From the NCBI GenBank assembly GCA_004553495.1, contig SFLE01000009.1, positions 33,616-97,615 of the forward strand: a stretch of 64,000 bases of DNA, in the 5' to 3' direction. Origin of the DNA: Clostridiales bacterium (lineage in GTDB: Bacteria > Bacillota > Clostridia > Oscillospirales > Oscillospiraceae). The notes beneath the pieces are model-generated. The model was not told where the DNA came from. It saw only the letters and a list, made by a program, of their open reading frames with translations, and ran no database searches. This document shows positions 35,481 through 44,934 of this stretch, one piece after another; the stretch's first letter is position 1; every line of letters starts with the position of its first letter. The translations under genes and the position numbers were made by a program.

Positions 35481-36866
35481 ATGAAAAAATCAGCTCTTAC
35501 CACCATTATCAGCATTCTGCTTGTGCTTGCGGGCGTGTTTGCGCTTGTCGCAGCCGGCTTCGGCGTGAAGGATGGTCTCGCGATCAAGAAGTACAAGGAA
35601 GATGACGCGAAGGCGGCAGATGTTGTCGGCGATCTTGAGAAAGCCATAGATGCGCTCAAGGCAAACGAAGAGAACTACCTCAACGGCGTAGGCACCTATA
35701 GCAAGGGCCTCAACGACTATGCCGCAGGTCAGCAGGCTTATAACGCCGGCAAAGCGGAGCTAAATCAAGGCTATATGGACTATGAGGCGGGCAAGAAGGC
35801 TCTTGAAGAGGGCAGAGCCAAGATCGCCGAAGGTCAGGCAATGATAGATGCAAATACGGACGCATATAACGAAGGCAAGGAACTGCTTGCAAAGATCGAG
35901 CCGCTCATGCCGTATCTTGAGAAGTATATTCAGTTCCGCGACGGTACCGTTGCAAACCTGCCCGGTTTTGACAGTGCTCAGGCATGGTTCGTGGGCGTTG
36001 TTCGCCCTCTCGCATCCCGCCTCGGCCTTGAGATCCCTGCCGATGTCACCGACTTCCCTGTATATATGCAGAACATGGTAGCAGAGGGCAAGGCAATGCT
36101 CAAGCAGTATGAGGACGGTCTTGCCGAACTCGAAGCGGGCAAGGCGGAGCTTGCAGCCGGTGAAGCGGCTCTCGCGGATGCCGAAAAGCAGCTTGCAGCC
36201 GGTGAAGCGGCTCTTGCAGACGGCGCAAACGAGCTTGCTGCCGGTGCCGCGGCGCTTGCCTCCGGCAAGGCAGACCTTGAGACATTTGAAGCTGGTATGG
36301 CGCTTGTCGATCAGTATACCATGACCTGCTACAAGAACGCACCCATTTACCGCTACAACGGAGATATGGCGGTGCCCGGTCCCGAGCAGCGTCTCGGTGC
36401 GGACTTCGATTGGAAAAAGTACGATGAAAACGGCGAGCTCGTAACTCTGCGCAATGGCGAGCCGTACCTCGACCTCGACCAGTGCCTCGTGGTGTGCAAG
36501 AGCTTCCGCGAGTCGGTAGCCGATCATGTTGCGGATGTAACTCACGAGCTCACCATGCGCCTGATACTCTATGTGGCGCTCGCGGTCACCGGTATCCTCG
36601 GCATAGTCGGTGGCGTCCTCGGTCTTGTCGGCAAGCGCTCGGCGGTAGTTTTCGGTATCATTACCGCGGCTCTCGCAGTTGCCTGCAACATCTTCGGACT
36701 GCTCACCCGCTATCACGGCTACACTTACCCGCTCAAGGACGGAACCTATTCCGGCACCCTCCAGCTTATCGGCATAATAGTCTTTGCGGTTATAGCGATA
36801 GTTTTCGTTATCGTCACCGCATCAGCAAAGAAGGAGGCTGCAAAGGCAGCCGCCGCAGAAGCGTAA
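35481..36866 (+). CDS. Membrane protein with an extracytoplasmic coiled-coil/heptad-repeat region (N-terminal TM anchor, C-terminal TM bundle)
   Basis: 461 aa. N-terminal TM helix, repeated X-X-X-Leu-X-X-Gly-like heptads (AELEAGKAELAAGEAALADAEKQLAAGEAALADGANELAAGAAALASGKADLE), and 3-4 C-terminal TM helices. Confidence 0.7.
   Translation: MKKSALTTIISILLVLAGVFALVAAGFGVKDGLAIKKYKEDDAKAADVVGDLEKAIDALKANEENYLNGVGTYSKGLNDYAAGQQAYNAGKAELNQGYMDYEAGKKALEEGRAKIAEGQAMIDANTDAYNEGKELLAKIEPLMPYLEKYIQFRDGTVANLPGFDSAQAWFVGVVRPLASRLGLEIPADVTDFPVYMQNMVAEGKAMLKQYEDGLAELEAGKAELAAGEAALADAEKQLAAGEAALADGANELAAGAAALASGKADLETFEAGMALVDQYTMTCYKNAPIYRYNGDMAVPGPEQRLGADFDWKKYDENGELVTLRNGEPYLDLDQCLVVCKSFRESVADHVADVTHELTMRLILYVALAVTGILGIVGGVLGLVGKRSAVVFGIITAALAVACNIFGLLTRYHGYTYPLKDGTYSGTLQLIGIIVFAVIAIVFVIVTASAKKEAAKAAAAEA
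36117..36278 (+). repeat. Heptad coding repeats, including a 24-bp direct repeat
   Basis: GCTTGCAGCCGGTGAAGCGGCTCT occurs twice, 42 bp apart (in frame). Confidence 0.85.
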
Positions 36867-36883
36867 GCGAAAATTTAAATATT

Positions 36884-36913
36884 TTAACACCACGGTTTGC
36901 GCCGTGGTGTTAA
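36884..36913 (+). terminator. Rho-independent terminator
   Basis: TTAACACCACGG-TTTGCG-CCGTGGTGTTAA followed by CTTTTAT. Confidence 0.8.
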
Positions 36914-36976
36914 CTTTTATAAAGATATTTAAATAACGATGGTTGCATAAAAATAAATATGATATATAATCAGGGT

Positions 36977-36993
36977 AGTATGATTATCATACT
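36977..36993. promoter_or_regulatory. 17-bp perfect palindrome between the -10 box and RBS of pncB (candidate operator)
   Basis: AGTATGAT-T-ATCATACT, immediately after TATATAAT (36963-36970). Confidence 0.4.
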
Positions 36994-37023
36994 TTCAATG
37001 TATGACACACTACGGAGGCTATT

Positions 37024-38469
37024 ATGACGGACAGGAAGCTCAACCTTACCATGCTGTGCGACTACTATGAGCTCACTATGGGCAACGGCTATTTCGACCA
37101 CGGTATGGGTGACAAAATAACCTATTTCGATGTGTTTTATCGCCAGAACCCCGATAACGGCGGCTTTGCCATCGCCGCGGGGCTTGAGCAGGTGGTGGAT
37201 TATATCCGGAACCTGCACTTCGACGATGAGGATATAGAGTATCTCCGCGGCAGAAAAATGTTCTCTGAGGAGTTTTTGGAGTATCTGCGCAATTTCAAAT
37301 TCGAGGGCGACATATGGGCAGTTCCCGAGGGGACGCCGGTGTTCCCGCGCGAGCCGCTCATGATCGTGCGCGCTCCGGCGATACAGGCTCAGCTTATCGA
37401 GACCTATGTGCTGCTTGAGATAAACCATCAGAGCCTTATTGCGACAAAGGCAAACCGCGTTTGCCGCGCGGCAGAGGGCAGGGTGGTGCTCGAGTTCGGC
37501 TCGCGCCGTGCGCAGGGCATCGACGGCGCCGTCACGGGTGCCAGAGCCGCGTTCATCGGTGGCTGCGCGGGCACCGCGTGCGCCCTTTCCGACACGCGCT
37601 ACGGCGTGCCTGCGGGCGGCACCATGGCGCATTCGTGGGTGCAGATGTTCGACTCCGAGTACGAGGCGTTCAAGGCGTATTGCCAGACCTATCCGACGAA
37701 TGCAACGCTTTTGGTGGATACCTATAACTCCATGAAAAGCGGCGTTCCCAACGCCATCCGCGCCTTTAACGAGGTGCTAAAGCCCCTCGGCATAACAAAA
37801 TGCGGCATCCGCTTTGACTCGGGCGACATGGCGTATCTCACGCGCAAGGCGCGCGCTATGCTCGATGAGGCAGGCTGGACCGAGTGCACGATAACGGTGT
37901 CAAATTCCCTTGACGAGCGCCTTATAACCGAGCTCCTGCTTCAGGGTGCAAAGATCGATTCCTTCGGCGTAGGCGAGAGACTCATAACCGCGAAATCCGA
38001 TCCGGTGTTCGGCGGCGTGTACAAGCTGTGCGCGGTCGAGGATGCTCAGGGCAATATCGAGCCCAAGATAAAGATAAGCGAAAATGTTGGCAAGATAACA
38101 AACCCCGGCTTTAAAAAGGTCTACCGCTTCTTTGAAAAAGAAAACGGTATGGCGGAGGCGGATTACATCTGCCTGAACCACGAGCAGGTGGATGATACAA
38201 AGCCGCTTGAGATATGCGATCCCGAGGCGCGCTGGAAGCGCAAGACGATGGAGAACTTCAAGGCGCAGGAGCTGCTCGTTCCGATATTCAGGGGCGGCAA
38301 GCTTGTTTACGATCTGCCGAGCCTTGACGATATTCGCCGCCACTGCGCATATCAGGTCAGCACGCTCTGGCCCGAGGTCAAGCGCTTCGATTTCCCTCAT
38401 CAGTACTATGTAGATCTTTCCGAAGAGCTCATGGAGCTCAAGGACGAAATGCTCAAAGCAAAGAGGTAA
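37024..38469 (+). CDS. pncB: Nicotinate phosphoribosyltransferase
   Basis: 481 aa; LTMLCDYYELTMGNGYF, FGSRRAQG, GGTMAHSWVQ. Confidence 0.92.
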   Translation: MTDRKLNLTMLCDYYELTMGNGYFDHGMGDKITYFDVFYRQNPDNGGFAIAAGLEQVVDYIRNLHFDDEDIEYLRGRKMFSEEFLEYLRNFKFEGDIWAVPEGTPVFPREPLMIVRAPAIQAQLIETYVLLEINHQSLIATKANRVCRAAEGRVVLEFGSRRAQGIDGAVTGARAAFIGGCAGTACALSDTRYGVPAGGTMAHSWVQMFDSEYEAFKAYCQTYPTNATLLVDTYNSMKSGVPNAIRAFNEVLKPLGITKCGIRFDSGDMAYLTRKARAMLDEAGWTECTITVSNSLDERLITELLLQGAKIDSFGVGERLITAKSDPVFGGVYKLCAVEDAQGNIEPKIKISENVGKITNPGFKKVYRFFEKENGMAEADYICLNHEQVDDTKPLEICDPEARWKRKTMENFKAQELLVPIFRGGKLVYDLPSLDDIRRHCAYQVSTLWPEVKRFDFPHQYYVDLSEELMELKDEMLKAKR

Positions 38470-38473
38470 CACA

Positions 38474-38989
38474 ATGGAAGCATCAAAACGGCGAGAGTAT
38501 ATAGTGTCAAAGCTTGCGGCGAGCAAACGCCCCGTCAGCGCAACGGTGCTGGCAAACGAGCTGTCGGTCAGCCGGCAGATAATCGTTGGTGATATTGCGC
38601 TGCTGCGCGCATCCGGCGAAAAGATAATGGCTACACCGCGAGGGTATCTGCTCGAGGGGCTGCAGGACGAGAATGTCTACACCGTTGTATGCGTGCACGG
38701 AAGGGACGACATGGAAAAGGAGCTCAACATCATGGTCGATAACGGCTGCACCGTTTTGAATGTAACGGTCGAGCACCCGATATACGGTCAGCTCACCGGT
38801 CAGCTCCATCTGTCGAACCGCTACGAGGTCTCGCAGTTCATGCAGAAGATAGGCGGCAACGCAAGCCCGCTGAGCGAGCTCACCGGCGGCATACATCTTC
38901 ATGCGCTCGCCTGCCCCGACAAGGAGTGCTTTGAGCGGACAAAGGACCAGCTTGCGCGAGAGGGACTTCTTTATACACAATCTCATTGA
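38474..38989 (+). CDS. niaR: Transcriptional repressor NiaR/NadR (HTH_11 plus 3H domain)
   Basis: 171 aa. N-terminal RREYIVSKL...PVSATVLANELSVSRQIIVGDIALLR, then a 3H domain with conserved His residues (VCVHG, TVEHPIYG, GIHLHAL). Confidence 0.88.
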   Translation: MEASKRREYIVSKLAASKRPVSATVLANELSVSRQIIVGDIALLRASGEKIMATPRGYLLEGLQDENVYTVVCVHGRDDMEKELNIMVDNGCTVLNVTVEHPIYGQLTGQLHLSNRYEVSQFMQKIGGNASPLSELTGGIHLHALACPDKECFERTKDQLAREGLLYTQSH

Positions 38990-39015
38990 CAAAAGGTCAA
39001 AACAGCGTTAAAGTA

Positions 39016-39055
39016 GACCATGCAGGTGTCAAGACACCAACATGGTCTTTTTATT
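39016..39055 (+). terminator. Terminator after niaR (compound hairpin containing GGTGTC-AA-GACACC)
   Basis: GACCATG-CA-GGTGTC-AA-GACACC-AA-CATGGTC followed by TTTTTATTT. Confidence 0.7.
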
Positions 39056-39071
39056 TGCGGAGGTAAAGCAT

Positions 39072-40178
39072 ATGGCAAAGCTCAAAGCGTTCTTTAATCG
39101 CAAGGATATTGAGGTAAGCCTCAAGCGCTACGGCATAGATGCGCTCGGTGCAATGGCGCAGGGACTTTTCTGCACCCTGCTCGTCGGCACGATACTCGAC
39201 ACGCTCGGCACACAGCTGGGCATAGGCTTTTTGGCGGCGCCGCTTATCGAGATAGGCGGAGTGGGCTACACGATAGGAAAGTTTGCCTCGGCGATGGTCG
39301 GACCCGCGATGGCAGTGGCTATAGGCTATGCGCTGAAGGCTCCGGCAATGGTGCTGTTTTCGTTGATACCGGTGGGCTATGCAACGAATGTCATGGGCGG
39401 AGCGGGCGGACCGCTTGCGGTGTATGTAGTTGCGATACTTGCAGCCGAGTTCGGCAAAATGGTCTCGAAGGAGACCAAGATAGATATACTCGTAACTCCC
39501 ATAGTGACTATCCTTGTCGGCATAGGCGCTGCCTATTTCATAGCAGCCCCCATCGGCAAGGGAGCTATGGCAGTCGGAACGCTCATAAAGTGGGCGACCA
39601 CACAGCAGCCGTTTATAATGGGCGTGCTCGTTTCGGTGATAGTCGGCATCGCGCTTACGCTGCCCATATCCTCGGCGGCTATCTGTGCCGCCCTCAGCCT
39701 CACGGGGCTTGCAGGCGGCGCGGCGCTCGCGGGCTGCTGCGCGAACATGGTCGGCTTTGCTGTCGTTTCGTTCAGGGAAAACGGCTGGGGCGGCATAGTC
39801 TCGCAGGGTCTGGGCACCTCGATGCTCCAGATGGGCAACATCGTGCGCAATCCGAAGATATGGATACCCGCAATAGCGGCGAGCGCCGTTACCGGTCCCA
39901 TTGCGACCTGCCTGTTCAAGCTTGAAATGAACGGAGCCGCGGTCTCATCCGGAATGGGCACCTGCGGACTCGTAGGTCCAATAGGCGTATGGACGGGCTG
40001 GTCGAACCCCTCGGCTGAGGCGGTGCTCGACGGTGCGAAGGCGATCGTGCCCACGGCGGGCGACTGGATAGGTCTTGCGCTTATCGCCATCGTCCTTCCG
40101 GCGCTGCTCTCATGGGCGTTCGGGCTTGCCTGCCGCAAGCTCGGCTGGATAAAAGACGGCGACATGAAGCTAAACTGA
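39072..40178 (+). CDS. PTS-EIIC-like polytopic membrane protein (putative transporter; possibly NAD-precursor related by context)
   Basis: Start at ATG 39072 (RBS GGAGG). 368 aa, Gly/Ala-rich, ~10 TM helices, with no EIIA/EIIB partners nearby. Lies directly downstream of pncB-niaR. Confidence 0.55.
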   Translation: MAKLKAFFNRKDIEVSLKRYGIDALGAMAQGLFCTLLVGTILDTLGTQLGIGFLAAPLIEIGGVGYTIGKFASAMVGPAMAVAIGYALKAPAMVLFSLIPVGYATNVMGGAGGPLAVYVVAILAAEFGKMVSKETKIDILVTPIVTILVGIGAAYFIAAPIGKGAMAVGTLIKWATTQQPFIMGVLVSVIVGIALTLPISSAAICAALSLTGLAGGAALAGCCANMVGFAVVSFRENGWGGIVSQGLGTSMLQMGNIVRNPKIWIPAIAASAVTGPIATCLFKLEMNGAAVSSGMGTCGLVGPIGVWTGWSNPSAEAVLDGAKAIVPTAGDWIGLALIAIVLPALLSWAFGLACRKLGWIKDGDMKLN

Positions 40179-40183
40179 ATATA

Positions 40184-40211
40184 AAAAAGAGTGCCATCAG
40201 GCACTCTTTTT
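40184..40211. terminator. Bidirectional terminator
   Basis: AAAAAGAGTGCC-ATCA-GGCACTCTTTTT. Confidence 0.85.
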
Positions 40212-41568
40212 ATTTTCCGACGCAGAAGCGCTCGAATATTCTGTTCGTGACCTCGTCGCGCACCGTGCGTCCGGTGAGCTCTCCGAGCGCCGACATCGCA
40301 GCTTCCGTTTCGGTGAGCACAATGTCCGGCGTGCAGCCGATAGCCAGCGCCTGAGATGCCGCGGTGAGCGACTCAAGCGCACGGCTGACCGCCTCGAACT
40401 GCCGTGCGTTTGTGAGTATCTCGCCCGCGGGAGCGTCCGGCATCGGAAACAGCCTGCGCACCGTGCTTTCAAGCTCGGATATGCCCTCGCCGGTGCGTGA
40501 ACTCACGGTGACGACAGGGAGCGCCGTTTCGGGGATGACCGCGCGGCTGGCAAGGTCGGATTTTGACAGAACGACTATGCCGTGCGGCGCAGTCTCCGCA
40601 CACTTTATTATATCGGCATCCTCGGAGGTAAACTCTCCGCTGCCGTCGATGACCGCGATGACGAGCTCCGCTTCGTGCATGGCGCGGCGCGAGCGGTCAA
40701 CTCCGAGACGCTCGATCTCGTCGCTCGTTTCGCGTATGCCCGCAGTGTCGGTCAGCCTGAGCAGCACGCCGCCGAGCTTCAGCTTTTCCTCTATGGTGTC
40801 GCGCGTTGTGCCGGGAATGTCCGTGACTATCGCGCGGTCATACCCCAAAACGGCGTTTAGAAGCGAGCTTTTGCCCGCGTTCGGTCTGCCGACTATCGCG
40901 GCGGGAATGCCCGACTGCATGAGCCTGCCGCGGTCGTAGCTTGCGCGGAGCGCACCGAGAGTTTTCTCCGCGCGGGATATATCCTCACGATACCGCTCAA
41001 TGAGAAACGGCTCGATGTCCTCGTCGGGGTAGTCGAGCACCGCGTGGTAATGCGAGCTTATGTCGGTGAGCGCGGCGTACACCGCGTCTATCTTGCGCGA
41101 TATTGCTCCGGCGAGCTGACCGGCGGCGTTGCGGGCAGCCTCGGCGGTCTCGGCGTCGATTATGTCAGCCACCGCCTCTGCGCCGGCAAGATCCATCCTG
41201 CCGTTACAAAACGCGCGTTTTGTAAACTCGCCCGGCAGCGCCTGTCTCGCGCCGAGTGCAAACGCCGCCTCGAGCACCGCGCGCAGCACCACCGGCGAGC
41301 CGTGGCACTGAAATTCGGCGGTGTTCTCGCCCGTATAGCTGTTGGGCGCGCGGCTAACGGTGCAAAGGCAGACATCAAGAAGCCTGCCGTCGGCATCGGA
41401 AAGCTTGCCGTACATGAGCTTTCTGTCCTCACAGGCGGACATGGGCTTGCCGCACGAGGGCCTAAACAGTCTGTCGGCAATATCTATTGCCGCATCGCCG
41501 GACAGACGCACGATGCCTATCGCGCACACCTGCGAGCCGGTGGATACGGCGGCTATGGTATCGGACAT
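40210..41568 (-). CDS. mnmE: tRNA modification GTPase MnmE
   Basis: Start at ATG 41566-41568 (RBS GAGGAG). DTIAAVST, G1 GRPNAGKSSLLN, G3 DTAG, C-terminal FCVGK. Confidence 0.93.
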   Translation of the reverse strand: MSDTIAAVSTGSQVCAIGIVRLSGDAAIDIADRLFRPSCGKPMSACEDRKLMYGKLSDADGRLLDVCLCTVSRAPNSYTGENTAEFQCHGSPVVLRAVLEAAFALGARQALPGEFTKRAFCNGRMDLAGAEAVADIIDAETAEAARNAAGQLAGAISRKIDAVYAALTDISSHYHAVLDYPDEDIEPFLIERYREDISRAEKTLGALRASYDRGRLMQSGIPAAIVGRPNAGKSSLLNAVLGYDRAIVTDIPGTTRDTIEEKLKLGGVLLRLTDTAGIRETSDEIERLGVDRSRRAMHEAELVIAVIDGSGEFTSEDADIIKCAETAPHGIVVLSKSDLASRAVIPETALPVVTVSSRTGEGISELESTVRRLFPMPDAPAGEILTNARQFEAVSRALESLTAASQALAIGCTPDIVLTETEAAMSALGELTGRTVRDEVTNRIFERFCVGK

Positions 41569-41599
41569 GGTATCTCTCCTCAAAAGAACGATTAAAAGA

Positions 41600-41622
41600 A
41601 AAAGCGGGCCTAGCCCGCTTTT
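41600..41622 (-). terminator. Terminator of rex
   Basis: AAAAGCGGGC-TA-GCCCGCTTTT with a T-run on the minus strand. Confidence 0.8.
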
Positions 41623-41638
41623 AAAGTGTTTTCGATAA

Positions 41639-42307
41639 TTACTTGTTCATTCTTGCCGCACGGGCAGCCTTCTCGTCGTTATCCTCGGAGATATAGTAGC
41701 TCAGGGAAAGCAGACTGTCGGAGAAGTGGATATTTTCAACGATCGTGCTGCTCTCGGGCGAGGTCAGCTCGACATTCGTAAAGTTCCAAATAGCGTTTAT
41801 GCCGTGCTTTGTGAGCAACTCGGTGGTCTCAACTGCGTGAGCCTTGGGAACGCAGAGCACCGCAGCGTCGATCTTGTTCTCGGTGAGATAGGTGGGCAGC
41901 TCCGCCATATCGTGAATGGCCACGCCCTCATAGTCGGTGCCGATGAGCTCGGGCTTTACATCAAACGCAGCCTTGAGATCAAAGCCCCACGACTTGAACG
42001 AGAAGTTGCATATAAGTGCCTGACCAAGGTTGCCGACGCCGATGAGAATGGCGCTGTAGCCCCTGTCCATACCGAGGATGGACGCGATCTCCGCGCGAAG
42101 AGCGGTGACCTTATAGCCGTAGCCCTGCTGACCGAATTCGCCGAAGCAGCTGAAATCCTGACGAATCTGCGACGGAGTGAGACCAAGCTGTTTGCCGAGC
42201 TCGCCGGATGATATGCGGCTCACGCCCGCCTCGGTGAGCTCGTCGAGCTTGCGAAGATAGCGGGGGAGACGACGGATTACATTATTAGATACTTTTACGC
42301 GCTTCAT
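41639..42307 (-). CDS. rex: Redox-sensing transcriptional repressor Rex
   Basis: VIRRLPRYLRKL winged helix and GVGNLGQAL Rossmann loop. The ATG at 42305-42307 is preferred because GGAG lies 9 nt upstream; the ORF-track start at 42316 directly abuts the RBS. Confidence 0.9.
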   Translation of the reverse strand: MKRVKVSNNVIRRLPRYLRKLDELTEAGVSRISSGELGKQLGLTPSQIRQDFSCFGEFGQQGYGYKVTALRAEIASILGMDRGYSAILIGVGNLGQALICNFSFKSWGFDLKAAFDVKPELIGTDYEGVAIHDMAELPTYLTENKIDAAVLCVPKAHAVETTELLTKHGINAIWNFTNVELTSPESSTIVENIHFSDSLLSLSYYISEDNDEKAARAARMNK

Positions 42308-42507
42308 ACTTGACATCTCCTTAAAAGCGGCAGATGGATGTTAATTATTTGATTAACCGATTATAGCATATGTTTTTTGGCATTTCAAGAGGCAAAATGA
42401 CAGAAAATGTACCATATGAAGTAGAAAATTAATGTTTTTCGTAAACTTAACAGGATTGATGTTTTCTCGATTATGTGTTATTTTAAATTTCACGGAGAGT
42501 GATAAAT

Positions 42508-43266
42508 ATGAGAATGAGAAAAAAGCCTAATTTGCAGCCGCGCATGGAAAGATGCGCTGAGGTCCTCGTAAAGCAGCCGGAGTCGCTCAGCGGGGCATGG
42601 CGCAAGGAGTTTTCCGGCTATGAGCAGTTGTGGCTCGAGATAGGCTGCGGCAAGGGCAGATTCACCGTCGGTACCGCGCAGGAGCACCCCGAAGTGATGC
42701 TTTTGGCGCTTGAAAAGGTCGAGGATGCACTCGTTATCGCAATGGAGCGCGCAGTAGAAGCGCAGGTGGAAAATGTGCGGTTTATATCCATGGACGCAAA
42801 CAAGCTGCGCGAGGTGTTCGAGCCCGCCGAGATAGACAGGATATTTTTAAACTTCTGCGACCCATGGCCGAAAAGTCGCGATGCAAAGCACCGGCTCACC
42901 GCGCCGAATTTCCTGAGGATATATGCGGACCTGCTGCCTATGGGCGGCGAGGTGCATTTTAAAACGGATAATCTGCCGCTGTTCGAGTGGTCGGTGCAGC
43001 AGTTTGAAGCCGAGGGCTGGGAGATAAGCGAGCTGACAAACGATCTGCACGAAAACGGAAACGGCGGTGTTATGACCGACTATGAGTGCAAATTCCGCGA
43101 AATGGGCGTTAAGATAAACAGACTCGCCGCACGGAAAGCGGACACCACTAAGGACGCGAGCGCCGGAGCCGCACCGAGACTCAGAGACGCGGCGCTGTCA
43201 GACGCAAGGGGGCTAATAAATGAGGTTTATAAGTTGGAATGTAAACGGTCTGCGGGCTGTCGTTAA
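42508..43266 (+). CDS. trmB: tRNA (guanine46-N7)-methyltransferase TrmB with a ~40-aa low-complexity C-terminal tail
   Basis: LEIGCGKGRF, FLNFCDPWPK, MTDYECKF. The tail overlaps the xth start by 47 nt. Confidence 0.88.
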   Translation: MRMRKKPNLQPRMERCAEVLVKQPESLSGAWRKEFSGYEQLWLEIGCGKGRFTVGTAQEHPEVMLLALEKVEDALVIAMERAVEAQVENVRFISMDANKLREVFEPAEIDRIFLNFCDPWPKSRDAKHRLTAPNFLRIYADLLPMGGEVHFKTDNLPLFEWSVQQFEAEGWEISELTNDLHENGNGGVMTDYECKFREMGVKINRLAARKADTTKDASAGAAPRLRDAALSDARGLINEVYKLECKRSAGCR

Positions 43267-43969
43267 AAAAGGCTTTGAGGAGATATTCTATGCTCTGGAT
43301 GCAGACCATTTCTGCATTCAGGAGACAAAGCTTCAGGAAGGGCAGATAGAGCTCGACCTTCCGGGGTATGAGCAGTACTGGTGCTATGCCGATAAAAAGG
43401 GCTACTCAGGAACGGCTATATTCACAAAGCACACGCCGCTTTCGGTGAGCTATAACATCCCCGGTCACGACACCGAGGGCAGGGCAATAACGCTCGAGTA
43501 TGACGATTACTACCTCGTTGTGGTGTACACTCCTAATTCGCAGAACGAGCTCAAGCGCATAGACTACCGTATGAGCTGGGAGGACGACTTCCGGCAGTAC
43601 CTGTGCTCGCTGGATGCGAAAAAGCCGGTCGTAATTTGTGGGGACATGAATGTCGCCCATTGCGAGATCGACCTGAAAAACCCCGATACCAACCATTTTA
43701 ATCCCGGATTTTCCGATCAGGAGCGCGGCAAATTTACCGAGCTTCTCGATGCGGGGTTTATCGACACCTTCCGCACGCTTTATCCCGACAGGAGCGATGC
43801 CTACTCGTGGTGGAGCTACCGTGCCGCCGCAAGAAGCCGGAATGTTGGTTGGCGTATCGACTATTTCGTCGTATCCGAGCGGCTGCGGGATAACATAAAG
43901 GATGCGTACATACTGCCCGAGGTCATGGGCTCGGACCACTGTCCGGTGGGGCTCGATATGCTATGGTAA
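43220..43969 (+). CDS. xth: Exodeoxyribonuclease III
   Basis: MRFISWNVNGLRA, CIQETK, CGDMNVAH, GSDHCPV. Confidence 0.93.
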   Translation: MRFISWNVNGLRAVVKKGFEEIFYALDADHFCIQETKLQEGQIELDLPGYEQYWCYADKKGYSGTAIFTKHTPLSVSYNIPGHDTEGRAITLEYDDYYLVVVYTPNSQNELKRIDYRMSWEDDFRQYLCSLDAKKPVVICGDMNVAHCEIDLKNPDTNHFNPGFSDQERGKFTELLDAGFIDTFRTLYPDRSDAYSWWSYRAAARSRNVGWRIDYFVVSERLRDNIKDAYILPEVMGSDHCPVGLDMLW

Positions 43970-44934
43970 AGATAGGCAATGTTGAGATAAAAGGGCGCAT
44001 GACGCTCGCGCCGATGGCGGGAGTAACGGATTTTGCGTTCCGCAGCATATGCACGGAGCTCGGAGCGGCGCTCACGACAACGGAAATGGTCAGCGCGAAG
44101 GCTCTCGTTTACGGCGATAACAAGACAAAAAGCCTGCTGTATAACCTGTCCGGCTGCCGTCCGTTTGCAGCGCAGATATTCGGGCACGAGCCCGAGGTCA
44201 TGGCTGAGGCGGCACCTATGGCGATAGAGCTATCAGGCGCGGATATGCTTGATATAAACATGGGCTGTCCGGTAGGAAAGATAGTAAAAAGCGGCGACGG
44301 CTCCGCGCTCATGCGCGATCCCGAGCTTGCCGCACGGATAGTCGAAAGCACTGTAAAGACTGCGGGAGTTCCCGTTACGGTGAAGTTCCGCAAGGGCTTT
44401 GACGGCGGCAATGTAAACGCCGTTGAGTTTGCAAAGATCCTTGAGCAGGCGGGCGCGTCGGCACTCGCCGTGCACGGCAGAACGCGCGCACAGATGTATG
44501 CGGGCAAAGCCGATTGGGACATCATCCGCGATGTAAAACGCGCGGTGAGCATACCGGTGATCGCAAACGGAGATATATTCTCCGCTGAGGATGCAGAGCA
44601 TATCCTGCGGTACACCGGCTGCGACCTTGCGATGATCGGCAGGGGAATATTCGGCGACCCGTGGCTTTTTGAGCAGGCAAACGCTATTATAGCCGGTCAG
44701 CCGGTGCCGGAGCTGCCGCCGCTTGCCGAGCGCATGGACCTCGCCGTGAGGCACACGAGAATGTATGCCGAGGTGTTCGGCGAGCGCCTTGCCTGCCTTG
44801 AGGCGCGGCACCAGATACCGTGGTACCTCAAGGGCGTTGCCCATGCGGGGTATTATAAACAGCAGCTCGTTCGGGTGGAAACGCTCGAGGAGATAGATAA
44901 GCTTATAAAAGGTGTAAAAAGAGATCTGATATGA
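43963..44934 (+). CDS. dusB: tRNA-dihydrouridine synthase
   Basis: LAPMAGVTDFAFR, DINMGCP, VTVKFR, HGRTR. Overlaps the xth stop by 7 nt. Confidence 0.9.
   Translation: MVKIGNVEIKGRMTLAPMAGVTDFAFRSICTELGAALTTTEMVSAKALVYGDNKTKSLLYNLSGCRPFAAQIFGHEPEVMAEAAPMAIELSGADMLDINMGCPVGKIVKSGDGSALMRDPELAARIVESTVKTAGVPVTVKFRKGFDGGNVNAVEFAKILEQAGASALAVHGRTRAQMYAGKADWDIIRDVKRAVSIPVIANGDIFSAEDAEHILRYTGCDLAMIGRGIFGDPWLFEQANAIIAGQPVPELPPLAERMDLAVRHTRMYAEVFGERLACLEARHQIPWYLKGVAHAGYYKQQLVRVETLEEIDKLIKGVKRDLI

Noticed and set aside
42340-42357. GTTAAT-TATTTG-ATTAAC inverted repeat upstream of rex as a Rex operator
   Set aside because: The half-sites and spacing do not fit the Rex consensus as I recall it (TTGTGAA-N6-TTCACAA, or TTGTTAA...TTAACAA in Clostridia) without shifting the register. 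This is too weak to call.
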